Origin: Bacteroidales bacterium
Lineage (GTDB): Bacteria; Bacteroidota; Bacteroidia; Bacteroidales; UBA932
Length of the DNA stretch: 64,000 nucleotides
Assembly: GCA_049652385.1 (NCBI GenBank)
Contig: JBASDX010000001.1
Span: forward strand, 28,698-92,697
Direction of reading: 5' to 3'
Notes under the pieces: model-generated
Told to the model about the DNA's origin: nothing
Database searches by the model: none
The model's input: only the letters and a program-made list of their open reading frames with translations
Translations under genes and position numbers: made by a program
Part shown: piece by piece, positions 56,287 to 64,000 of the stretch
Layout: every line of letters starts with the position of its first letter
How positions within the stretch are numbered: position 1 is the stretch's first letter

Positions 56287-56682
56287 ATGACTGATCCAAT
56301 AGCAGATTATCTGACAAGGATTCGTAATGCGGTACAAGCTGGACATAAAGTCGTAGAAATTCCCGCATCGAGGGTAAAAACGGAACTCACTCGTATTTTA
56401 CATGAAAAGGGTTATATTCTCAGTTATAAGGTAGAAGAAGGAAAACCCTCAAACACCATCAAAATCGCTCTTAAGTATCATCCCGGTACAAAACAACCGG
56501 CCATAAAGAAACTCGTAAGGGTTTCTTCTCCGGGGTTGCGTCGTTATGCAAAGGCAGACGCCTTACCTCGTGTGTTGAACGGATTGGGGATAGCCATTAT
56601 TTCCACATCCAGAGGCATCATCACCGATAAGGAAGCCAAAACGCTGAACGTAGGGGGTGAAGTAATGTGTTACGTATATTAA
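56287..56682 (+). CDS. rpsH: 30S ribosomal protein S8
   Basis: [15 protein letters not shown]... Confidence 0.95.
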   Translation: MTDPIADYLTRIRNAVQAGHKVVEIPASRVKTELTRILHEKGYILSYKVEEGKPSNTIKIALKYHPGTKQPAIKKLVRVSSPGLRRYAKADALPRVLNGLGIAIISTSRGIITDKEAKTLNVGGEVMCYVY

Positions 56683-56695
56683 TTAATAGAACAAT

Positions 56696-57256
56696 ATGTC
56701 ACGAATAGGAAAACTCCCTGTAAACCTGCCAAAAGGTGTGAGTGTAGACATAGACCCGCACAATTTGGTCACGGTGAAAGGCCCTCTGGGGACACTTGTG
56801 CAAAAAGTGGATCCCGATATAAAAATAAAAGCAGAGGGAACCGAGCTCACGTTTGAACGCCCCACAGACCAGCCCAGGCACAGATCCATGCATGGATTGT
56901 ACCGTACGTTGATCAACAACATGGTGGTTGGCGTTTCTGAAGGATATACCATCCAGCAGGAATTGGTGGGCGTAGGATACCGTTTGGAAGTGAAAGGACA
57001 ACTTTTGGAATTCAGCCTGGGATATTCCCATGAAATCCATTTTATGCTTCCCGATGAAGTAAAGGCTTCTGTAGAAGTTGCACGTAGAGGGGCTAACCCC
57101 ATACTCACGTTGACGAGTCATGATAAACAACTGCTGGGAACAGTAGCTGCCAAAATCCGCTCGCTGCGCAAACCTGAACCTTACAAAGGCAAGGGTATTA
57201 AATTTGTAGGTGAACAAATCCGCCGTAAAGCCGGTAAATCGGCCGGTGCCAAATAG
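56696..57256 (+). CDS. rplF: 50S ribosomal protein L6
   Basis: [15 protein letters not shown]... Confidence 0.95.
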   Translation: MSRIGKLPVNLPKGVSVDIDPHNLVTVKGPLGTLVQKVDPDIKIKAEGTELTFERPTDQPRHRSMHGLYRTLINNMVVGVSEGYTIQQELVGVGYRLEVKGQLLEFSLGYSHEIHFMLPDEVKASVEVARRGANPILTLTSHDKQLLGTVAAKIRSLRKPEPYKGKGIKFVGEQIRRKAGKSAGAK

Positions 57257-57270
57257 TAGGAGGTAGTATT

Positions 57271-57633
57271 ATGGCGTTATCAAAACAAGCAAGAAGACAA
57301 AGAATAAGATACCGCATACGCAAGCGGATATCGGGCACTCCTGAACGTCCCAGAATGGCGGTATATAGGAGCAACAAACAGATTTACGTGCAATTTATTG
57401 ACGATATCAAAGGAATAACTCTGGCACAGGCATCCTCAAAAGATGCGTTGTTGGCAGAAGACATAAAAGGAAAAACTCCCATCGAAGCAGCCGCTCTGGT
57501 AGGCAAACTGGCTGCAGAACGTGCTTTGGAAAAAGGAATAACGGCCGTTTCTTTTGACAGGGGAGGGTATCTTTTTCACGGAAGAGTAAAAAGTTTAGCT
57601 GATGCTGCCAGAGAAGGCGGTCTTAAATTCTAA
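57271..57633 (+). CDS. rplR: 50S ribosomal protein L18
   Basis: [16 protein letters not shown]...[13 protein letters not shown]. Confidence 0.95.
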   Translation: MALSKQARRQRIRYRIRKRISGTPERPRMAVYRSNKQIYVQFIDDIKGITLAQASSKDALLAEDIKGKTPIEAAALVGKLAAERALEKGITAVSFDRGGYLFHGRVKSLADAAREGGLKF

Positions 57634-57640
57634 GAAGGAT

Positions 57641-58159
57641 ATGGTTAACATTAAAGCAAAAAGAGTTAAAGCTGCAGACCTTGATCTGAAAGACCGTCTT
57701 GTAGCTATCAAGCGAGTCACCAAAGTAACAAAAGGCGGTCGTAATTTTAGTTTTACCGCTGTAGTTGTGGTAGGCGATGAAAAAGGAGTGGTTGGATACG
57801 GTCTGGGTAAAGCAGGTGAAGTTACATCTGCCATATCCAAGGGAATTGAAGAAGCGAAGAAAAATTTGTACCGTGTTTCCATCATAGGTGAAACCATTCC
57901 TCATGAAATAATAGGAAAATTCGGAGGAGCACGCGTATTCATGAAGCCTGCGGCACCCGGAACGGGAGTAATTGCCGGAGGAGCCATGAGGGCTGTATTT
58001 GAATCTGTTGGTATTAACGACGTATTGGCCAAATCCCAGGGATCGTCCAACCCGCATAACCTGGTAAAAGCAACGGTACACGCATTGCTGGACATGCGCG
58101 ATGCTTACGAGGTAGCCGGAGTACGTGGTATTGCCATGGATAAAGTATTTAACGGATAG
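57641..58159 (+). CDS. rpsE: 30S ribosomal protein S5
   Basis: [26 protein letters not shown]. Confidence 0.95.
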   Translation: MVNIKAKRVKAADLDLKDRLVAIKRVTKVTKGGRNFSFTAVVVVGDEKGVVGYGLGKAGEVTSAISKGIEEAKKNLYRVSIIGETIPHEIIGKFGGARVFMKPAAPGTGVIAGGAMRAVFESVGINDVLAKSQGSSNPHNLVKATVHALLDMRDAYEVAGVRGIAMDKVFNG

Positions 58160-58170
58160 GAGAATAAGCT

Positions 58171-58353
58171 ATGGAAATTTGGAGAATCAAACAGATAAAG
58201 AGCAGTAATTCTGCCACTAAACGTCAGATTGCCACCCTGGAAGCTTTAGGACTCCGTAGAATCAATCATTTTGTAGAAAAAGAAGCTACTCCGGTCATCA
58301 GGGGCATGGTAGAAAAAGTACGCCACCTGGTTACGGTTGAAGAAGTAAAGTAA
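58171..58353 (+). CDS. rpmD: 50S ribosomal protein L30
   Basis: 60 aa. [10 protein letters not shown]...[10 protein letters not shown]. Confidence 0.9.
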   Translation: MEIWRIKQIKSSNSATKRQIATLEALGLRRINHFVEKEATPVIRGMVEKVRHLVTVEEVK

Positions 58354-58366
58354 AGGAGGACACTAT

Positions 58367-58816
58367 ATGAATTTATCTAATTTAAAACCTGCAAAAGGGT
58401 CTGTGAACAAAAGAAAACGCATTGGACGGGGCGAAGGCTCCGGACGCGGCGGACAGTCCACACGTGGACACAAAGGAGCACAGTCCAGGTCCGGATATGC
58501 CCGCAAAATGGGCTTTGAAGGAGGACAGATGCCCTTGCAGCGCAGAGTTCCCAAGTTTGGATTCAAAAACAGGAGCAGGGTTGTTTACAAAGCCATAAAC
58601 CTCTCTACTTTACAAGCTCTTCATGAGAAGACAGGTATTTCCGATTTTGACCTGAATGTATTTATTGACCAAGGTCTTGTTTCTAAGAATGATTTGGTCA
58701 AGATTCTGGGAAATGGAGACCTGCACGCTAAATTGAACGTAACTGCACATGGTTTTTCCAGGAAAGCGAAAGAAGCTATTGAGGCCAGGGAAGGGAAGGC
58801 AGAAATTATGGAATAA
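58367..58816 (+). CDS. rplO: 50S ribosomal protein L15
   Basis: RIGRGEGSGRGGQSTRGHKG. Confidence 0.95.
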   Translation: MNLSNLKPAKGSVNKRKRIGRGEGSGRGGQSTRGHKGAQSRSGYARKMGFEGGQMPLQRRVPKFGFKNRSRVVYKAINLSTLQALHEKTGISDFDLNVFIDQGLVSKNDLVKILGNGDLHAKLNVTAHGFSRKAKEAIEAREGKAEIME

Positions 58817-58835
58817 CCCAGAACAAGCCTGAAAA

Positions 58836-60155
58836 ATGAAGAAACTGATAGAAACCATAAAAAACATTTTCAAAATTGAAGAACTGCGTAATCGTATTGT
58901 TTACACGGTTTTGCTTCTTTTGATATACAGGTTGGGCAGTTTTGTGGTACTTCCCGGCATAGATCCTATGCAATTGACCAATCTGAAAGCCCAAACGGCG
59001 GGCGGTCTGATTGGACTGCTGAACATGTTTTCCGGTGGAGCTTTTGGTAACGCATCTATTTTTGCACTAGGTGTGATGCCCTATATTTCCGCTTCTATTG
59101 TCATCCAGCTTTTAGGGATTATGATTCCATATTTTCAGAGGATGCAGCGGGAAGGAGAAAGCGGACAACGTAAAATCAACCAATGGACACGTTATCTGAC
59201 CATCCTTATTCTGGCGCTCCAGGGACCTGCTTACCTTACGAACCTGCATGCCCAGCTTCCCGAATCGGCTTTCCTGCTGAGCGGTTTTTCGTTTAACATT
59301 TTTGCCACGATAGTACTTATCGGAGGTACCATGTTTATTATGTGGCTGGGTGAAAGAATCACCGACCGTGGGTTGGGTAATGGTATTTCCCTGATTATTA
59401 TGGTGGGCATTGTGGCACGACTGCCGTTTGCTTTTACGGCCGAGGTAGGTGCCCGTTTGGGGCAGACTGCCGGAGGCTTACTGATGCTGGTTGTGGAATT
59501 GATAGTATTATTTTTTATCTTTATTGCTTCCATTGCCCTTGTGCAAGGTGTTCGAAAAGTACCGGTACAGTACGCAAAACGTATTGTAGGCAACAAGCAG
59601 TATGGAGGAGTACGGCAATATATTCCCTTGAAAATCAACGCTGCCGGTGTTATGCCCATTATTTTTGCACAAGCCTTGATGCTCTTTCCCATGATTTTTG
59701 CCAGCTTTGACGCCACGCGGGGATTTGCAGCGGTTATGAGCAACATGCAGGGCTTTTGGTACAACTTTGTGTTTTTCATATTGGTGGTTGCCTTTACGTA
59801 TTTTTATACGGCTGTTACCGTGAATCCCACCAATATGGCTGAGGATATGAAAAAGAACGGCGGCTTTATTCCCGGTGTTAAACCCGGTAAAAAAACAGCC
59901 GAATACCTTGATACCGTAATGTCCCGCATTACGCTGCCGGGCTCCATATTTTTGGGACTCGTTGCCATTATGCCGGTTTTTGCGCGTATGATGGGTGTGG
60001 ATACGCAATTTGCTCAGTTCTATGGAGGAACGTCTCTGCTGATTTTGGTGGGTGTTATCCTGGACACATTGCAGCAAATTGAAAGCCATCTTCTGATGCG
60101 TCATTACGATGGGCTGATGAAGACAGGAAGGCTGACAGGCCGTTCCAACAGGTAA
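58836..60155 (+). CDS. secY: Preprotein translocase subunit SecY
   Basis: 439 aa with 10 TM segments. Contains LGVMPYISASIV. Confidence 0.97.
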   Translation: MKKLIETIKNIFKIEELRNRIVYTVLLLLIYRLGSFVVLPGIDPMQLTNLKAQTAGGLIGLLNMFSGGAFGNASIFALGVMPYISASIVIQLLGIMIPYFQRMQREGESGQRKINQWTRYLTILILALQGPAYLTNLHAQLPESAFLLSGFSFNIFATIVLIGGTMFIMWLGERITDRGLGNGISLIIMVGIVARLPFAFTAEVGARLGQTAGGLLMLVVELIVLFFIFIASIALVQGVRKVPVQYAKRIVGNKQYGGVRQYIPLKINAAGVMPIIFAQALMLFPMIFASFDATRGFAAVMSNMQGFWYNFVFFILVVAFTYFYTAVTVNPTNMAEDMKKNGGFIPGVKPGKKTAEYLDTVMSRITLPGSIFLGLVAIMPVFARMMGVDTQFAQFYGGTSLLILVGVILDTLQQIESHLLMRHYDGLMKTGRLTGRSNR

Positions 60156-60173
60156 AAAAGAATAGTTCTTTGT

Positions 60174-60956
60174 TTGATGAATTATATTAAAACCGAAGAA
60201 GAAATAGCGCTTTTGCGCGAGAACGGGATTCTGGTTTCCAAAACTCTGGCAGAAGTTGGCCGCCATATAGCTCCGGGTGTGACGACAAAGGAGCTGGATG
60301 CACTGGCGGAAACGTACATAAGAGACCACGGAGCCGTGCCTGCCTTCCTCGGTTATAATGGTTTTCCCCATTCCTTATGTATCTCCGTCAACGCTGTGGT
60401 GGTGCACGGAATTCCGAGTGATTACAGGTTGCAGGAGGGAGATATCGTTTCCATCGATTGCGGAACAAAGTATAAGGGTTTTTTTGGAGACTCGGCTTAC
60501 ACATTTGCCGTAGGCCAGGTGTCCAAAGCGGCTGAACTCCTTATGCAGACGACCCGTCAATCACTTTTTGAAGGTATTGGGAAAGCTTTTGCCGGTAACC
60601 GCGTTGGCGATATCGGCGCTGCTGTTCAAACTTACGTAGAGGGATACGGGTATTCCGTGGTAAGAGAAATGGTCGGGCACGGAATAGGAAGCAGGCTGCA
60701 TGAAAAGCCTGATGTTCCCAATTACGGCCGGCCGGGTCAGGGGAAACAGCTGGCAGAGGGGATGGTTCTGTGTATTGAACCTATGATTAATGAGGGAGGA
60801 AGAGGTGTTTATCTGGAACGCGACGGATGGACCCTGAGAACAGCAGATAACAGGAATTCGGCGCATTACGAGCTCATGGTTGTAATACGTAAAGACAAGG
60901 CTGAAATTCTGTCCACGTTTGCCTTCATTGAAAGGCCTGATGATATAAATATTTGA
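60174..60956 (+). CDS. map: Type I methionine aminopeptidase
   Basis: VVHGIP, DIVSIDCG, GHGIG and CIEPM metal-ligand motifs. Confidence 0.95.
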   Translation: MMNYIKTEEEIALLRENGILVSKTLAEVGRHIAPGVTTKELDALAETYIRDHGAVPAFLGYNGFPHSLCISVNAVVVHGIPSDYRLQEGDIVSIDCGTKYKGFFGDSAYTFAVGQVSKAAELLMQTTRQSLFEGIGKAFAGNRVGDIGAAVQTYVEGYGYSVVREMVGHGIGSRLHEKPDVPNYGRPGQGKQLAEGMVLCIEPMINEGGRGVYLERDGWTLRTADNRNSAHYELMVVIRKDKAEILSTFAFIERPDDINI

Positions 60957-60982
60957 TAACATGAAGATTAAAGATTGACAAC

Positions 60983-61201
60983 ATGCCCAAACAACCTGCC
61001 ATAGAAAAAGAAGGTGTCATTATTGAAGCATTGTCCAACGCCATGTTCCGTGTGGAATTGGATAACGGACATGTGATTATTGCACATATTTCCGGGAAAA
61101 TGAGGATGCATTACATCCGGATATTGCCGGGTGACAGGGTACGGGTAGAAATGTCTCCCTATGATCTTACCAAAGGTCGCATAACCTTTAGGTATAAGTA
61201 A
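60983..61201 (+). CDS. infA: Translation initiation factor IF-1
   Basis: 72 aa. [20 protein letters not shown]. Confidence 0.97.
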   Translation: MPKQPAIEKEGVIIEALSNAMFRVELDNGHVIIAHISGKMRMHYIRILPGDRVRVEMSPYDLTKGRITFRYK

Positions 61202-61222
61202 TACGATTTAAAGATTACAGCA

Positions 61223-61339
61223 ATGAAAGTAAAAGCATCCGTAAAAAAGCGCAGCGAAGATTGTAAAATCGTAAGACGCAAGGGGCGTCTCTATGTTATT
61301 TGCAAAAAGAACCCCAAGTTCAAAATGCGCCAGGGATAG
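61223..61339 (+). CDS. rpmJ: 50S ribosomal protein L36
   Basis: My own translation is [38 protein letters not shown] (38 aa, below the ORF-track cutoff). Confidence 0.9.
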   Translation: MKVKASVKKRSEDCKIVRRKGRLYVICKKNPKFKMRQG

Positions 61340-61373
61340 GTTTAAGTAAAATCAAAAAAAAGGAATATACATT

Positions 61374-61751
61374 ATGGCACGAATAGCCGGAGTTGACTTA
61401 CCAAACAACAAGCGCGGAGAAATAGGGTTAACCTATATCTACGGGATAGGCCGCAGCTCTGCCAATGCTATCCTTTCCAAAGCCGGGGTTGACCCCGATA
61501 TTAAGGTAAAGGACTGGAATGATGATCAGATTGCAGCTATCCGCTCGCTCATTGCAGCAGAATACAAAATTGAAGGTGAACTGCGTTCATCGGTACAAAT
61601 GAACATCAAAAGATTGATGGACATAGGTTGCTACAGAGGCATACGCCATCGTATAGGATTGCCTGTACGCGGTCAGACTACAAAAAATAACGCCCGTACC
61701 CGTAAAGGACGTAAGAAAACGGTAGCCAACAAGAAGAAAGCAACCAAATAA
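61374..61751 (+). CDS. rpsM: 30S ribosomal protein S13
   Basis: [14 protein letters not shown]... Confidence 0.97.
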   Translation: MARIAGVDLPNNKRGEIGLTYIYGIGRSSANAILSKAGVDPDIKVKDWNDDQIAAIRSLIAAEYKIEGELRSSVQMNIKRLMDIGCYRGIRHRIGLPVRGQTTKNNARTRKGRKKTVANKKKATK

Positions 61752-61762
61752 CGAGTAAGATT

Positions 61763-62155
61763 ATGGCAAAAAAAACGAGTACTTCCAATAAGAAGAAAGT
61801 GGTCAAGGTGGATACCCACGGTCAGGCACATATTTCTTCTACATTTAACAATGTGATAGTTACCCTTACCAATAGCGAAGGACAGGTTATCAGCTGGTCT
61901 TCTGCAGGAAAGATGGGTTTTCGCGGTTCTAAAAAGAATACGCCGTATGCAGCTCAAACGGCTGCGGCCGATTGTGCAAAAGTCGCATACGATATGGGAT
62001 TACGTAAAGTGAAAGCGTATGTGAAAGGTCCGGGTTCCGGACGTGAGTCTGCCATTCGCACCATTCACGGAGCCGGTATTGAAGTTACGGAAATAATTGA
62101 TGTTACCCCGCTTCCTCATAACGGGTGCCGTCCCAAGGCACGTCGCAGGGTATAA
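61763..62155 (+). CDS. rpsK: 30S ribosomal protein S11
   Basis: [16 protein letters not shown]...SWSSAG. Confidence 0.97.
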   Translation: MAKKTSTSNKKKVVKVDTHGQAHISSTFNNVIVTLTNSEGQVISWSSAGKMGFRGSKKNTPYAAQTAAADCAKVAYDMGLRKVKAYVKGPGSGRESAIRTIHGAGIEVTEIIDVTPLPHNGCRPKARRRV

Positions 62156-62180
62156 TGGCTGATTATTAAAATTAAGAACG

Positions 62181-62786
62181 ATGGCAAGATATATAGGTCC
62201 AAAGACAAAGATAGCGCGTAAATTTGGTGAACCCATTTACGGACCCAATAAGTATTTTGAAAGAAAGAACTATCCTCCCGGACAACACGGGATGATGAAA
62301 AGACGGAGAAAAACTTCCGAATACGGCATTCAGCTTAAGGAAAAACAAAAAGTCAAGTATACGTACGGACTTCTGGAACGCCAGTTCCACAATTTGTTTA
62401 AAAAAGCCAACTCCATGAAAGGACGTACAGGTGAGAACCTGTTGCTATTATTGGAAAGCCGGTTAGATAATATTGTTTTCAGAATGGGAATAGCTCCTTC
62501 CAGGCAAGCTGCCCGTCAGTTGGTCACGCACCGTCACATTACGGTTGACGGTAAGATTTGCAATATCCCCTCGGCTTTGGTTCGTCCCGGCTCATTGGTA
62601 GCTGTAAGGGAACGCTCCAAGAACCTTGAAGTCATTCAGGAAAACATTTCGCGCAGCGTCAGCAAATATCCTTGGATAGAATGGGACGTCGCTTCTGTGT
62701 CGGGGAAATTTTTGAATTATCCGGACAGGACAGAAATACCTGAACCTATCAATGAACAATTAATTGTGGAGTTGTACTCCAAATAA
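62181..62786 (+). CDS. rpsD: 30S ribosomal protein S4
   Basis: [16 protein letters not shown]... Confidence 0.97.
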   Translation: MARYIGPKTKIARKFGEPIYGPNKYFERKNYPPGQHGMMKRRRKTSEYGIQLKEKQKVKYTYGLLERQFHNLFKKANSMKGRTGENLLLLLESRLDNIVFRMGIAPSRQAARQLVTHRHITVDGKICNIPSALVRPGSLVAVRERSKNLEVIQENISRSVSKYPWIEWDVASVSGKFLNYPDRTEIPEPINEQLIVELYSK

Positions 62787-62802
62787 TTTTTAAATTTTTA
62801 CA

Positions 62803-63825
62803 ATGGCCATTTTAGCATTTCAAAAGCCCGATAAAGTAATTATGCTGGAATCTACCGATACGTTCGGCCGTTTTGAGTTTCGCCCGTTGGAACCCGGATA
62901 CGCCACGACTATCGGTAACGCACTCCGCAGGATACTATTGTCCTCCTTGGAAGGATATGCTCTGACGTACGTCAGGATAGACGGTGTTGAACATGAATTT
63001 GCAACCATTCCCGGTGTCATAGAGAATGTGGTGGATATCATTCTTAACCTCAAACAGGTAAGGTTTAAGAGGATGATTGAAGATTTTGAAGAAGAAACCA
63101 TTACTGTTACGGTCAAAGGAAAAGAAACCTTTACGGCAGAAGATATTTCCGGACAACTGAATTATTTTAAAATATTGAATCCTGAACTTGTCATCTGCCA
63201 CATGGAGCCTTCTGTTACCCTTACCATGGAATTCCACATAGGAAAGGGTCGTGGTTATGTGCCTGCAGAAGAAAACAGGATAGAAAACGCACCTTTTGGG
63301 TTAATTGCCATGGATGCCATTTATACACCCATAAAGAACGTAAATTACCTGATGGAATATTTCCGCGTGGAACAAAAGACCGACTATGAGAAATTGATCC
63401 TGGAAGTGACGACTGACGGATCTATCCATCCTAAAGATGCTTTGAAAGAAGCAGCAAAAATTTTGATACATCACTTTTTGCTGTTTTCAGATGAGCGTAT
63501 CAGTCTGGAATTGCCGGAAGAAGAGAAAGGTGTAGAACTGGACGAAGAATCTTTGCGTATGCGTCAGTTGTTGTTGACTAAACTTTCAGAAGTGGAGATT
63601 TCCGTAAGGGCACTCAACTGTCTGAAAGCTGCAGATATAGAAACGTTTGCAGATTTAGTTTCTATACCCAGGCACGAATTGATGAAATTCCGCAATTTTG
63701 GGAAAAAGTCATTGTCAGAAATTGATTTACTCATGGAAAACATGAATCTTTCTTTTGGGATTGACGTCACCAAGTATAACATTGAAAAGAAAGTAAAGAA
63801 GTATGAGACACAGAAAGAAAGTTAA
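62803..63825 (+). CDS. rpoA: DNA-directed RNA polymerase subunit alpha
   Basis: 340 aa. [11 protein letters not shown] and a C-terminal domain with SVRALNCLK. Confidence 0.97.
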   Translation: MAILAFQKPDKVIMLESTDTFGRFEFRPLEPGYATTIGNALRRILLSSLEGYALTYVRIDGVEHEFATIPGVIENVVDIILNLKQVRFKRMIEDFEEETITVTVKGKETFTAEDISGQLNYFKILNPELVICHMEPSVTLTMEFHIGKGRGYVPAEENRIENAPFGLIAMDAIYTPIKNVNYLMEYFRVEQKTDYEKLILEVTTDGSIHPKDALKEAAKILIHHFLLFSDERISLELPEEEKGVELDEESLRMRQLLLTKLSEVEISVRALNCLKAADIETFADLVSIPRHELMKFRNFGKKSLSEIDLLMENMNLSFGIDVTKYNIEKKVKKYETQKES

Positions 63826-64000
63826 TTTACTGGGAAGGAAAGCCGGACATCGCAAGGCTATGATGGCCAATATGTCTTCGTCCCTTATCAAACATAAACG
63901 AATAGAGACAACAGTGCCTAAAGCCAAGGCATTACGTGTATATGTGGAACCTTTGATTACGAAATCGAAGAACGATACAACGCATTCGCGAAGAACGGTT
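63803..64000 (+). CDS. rplQ: 50S ribosomal protein L17 (partial, runs off the window)
   Basis: My own translation is [45 protein letters not shown]... The start overlaps the rpoA 3' end by 23 nt. Confidence 0.9.
   Translation, partial: MRHRKKVNLLGRKAGHRKAMMANMSSSLIKHKRIETTVPKAKALRVYVEPLITKSKNDTTHSRRTV

Noticed and set aside
59508-60371. 287-aa minus-strand ORF
   Set aside because: It is antisense to secY and map, both unambiguous. It is a shadow ORF.
63803-63825. The 23-nt rpoA/rplQ overlap as a recoding signal
   Set aside because: Both frames are simply open, and the L17 N-terminus MRHRKK is canonical. Overlap of this size is within normal operon packing.
1-64000. CRISPR arrays, rRNA genes, and transposase, integrase or reverse-transcriptase genes
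   Set aside because: I saw no regularly spaced direct repeats of CRISPR type, no rRNA-like sequence, and no ORF with DDE, tyrosine-recombinase, serine-recombinase or RT motifs. The island's mobility genes, if any, lie outside the window.

Overview
This 64-kb chromosomal segment looks like Bacteroidota, probably Bacteroidales. Support: BACON, DUF4270, DUF4402 and DUF4294-type proteins, TAnnTTTG-type -7 promoter boxes, and many start codons without a Shine-Dalgarno sequence. It falls into three zones.

(1) 1-22.2 kb is accessory DNA and partly visibly AT-rich.
- A tightly packed minus-strand defence operon: a GmrSD-type DUF262/DUF1524 enzyme, an NPPY-less methyltransferase-like protein, an Eco57I-type N6-adenine methyltransferase, a GIY-YIG(T5orf172)-SF2 helicase fusion, and a HARE-HTH gene that runs off the window.
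- A stand-alone PD-(D/E)xK + DUF2075 ATPase.
- Small cassettes: lipoprotein, HAD hydrolase, YefM-YoeB, an XRE-ImmA/PIN pair and HipBA. They are separated by a recurring intergenic repeat/hairpin family and an 880-bp ORF-poor structured gap.
- A 1013-aa BACON-LRR-thioredoxin-like-M64 lipoprotein bracketed by a rearrangement scar.

(2) 22-44 kb holds an RND efflux operon, the Dcp peptidase, cysS, a short ssb and an S9 peptidase. It also holds a chaperone plus five DUF4402/SCPU-like pilin-type genes with no usher, next to a sigma54 activator and a hybrid histidine kinase.

(3) 44-64 kb is housekeeping: acpP-fabF-rnc, tRNA-Lys(CUU), envelope genes (ftsX, uppP, lpxH), and the ribosomal spc/alpha operons, which here begin at rplP behind their own promoter-like element.

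The best candidates for something undescribed are the composite defence operon (1-6929) and the usher-less DUF4402 locus (30586-34540). All calls come from reading the sequence and translations; no database search was possible.
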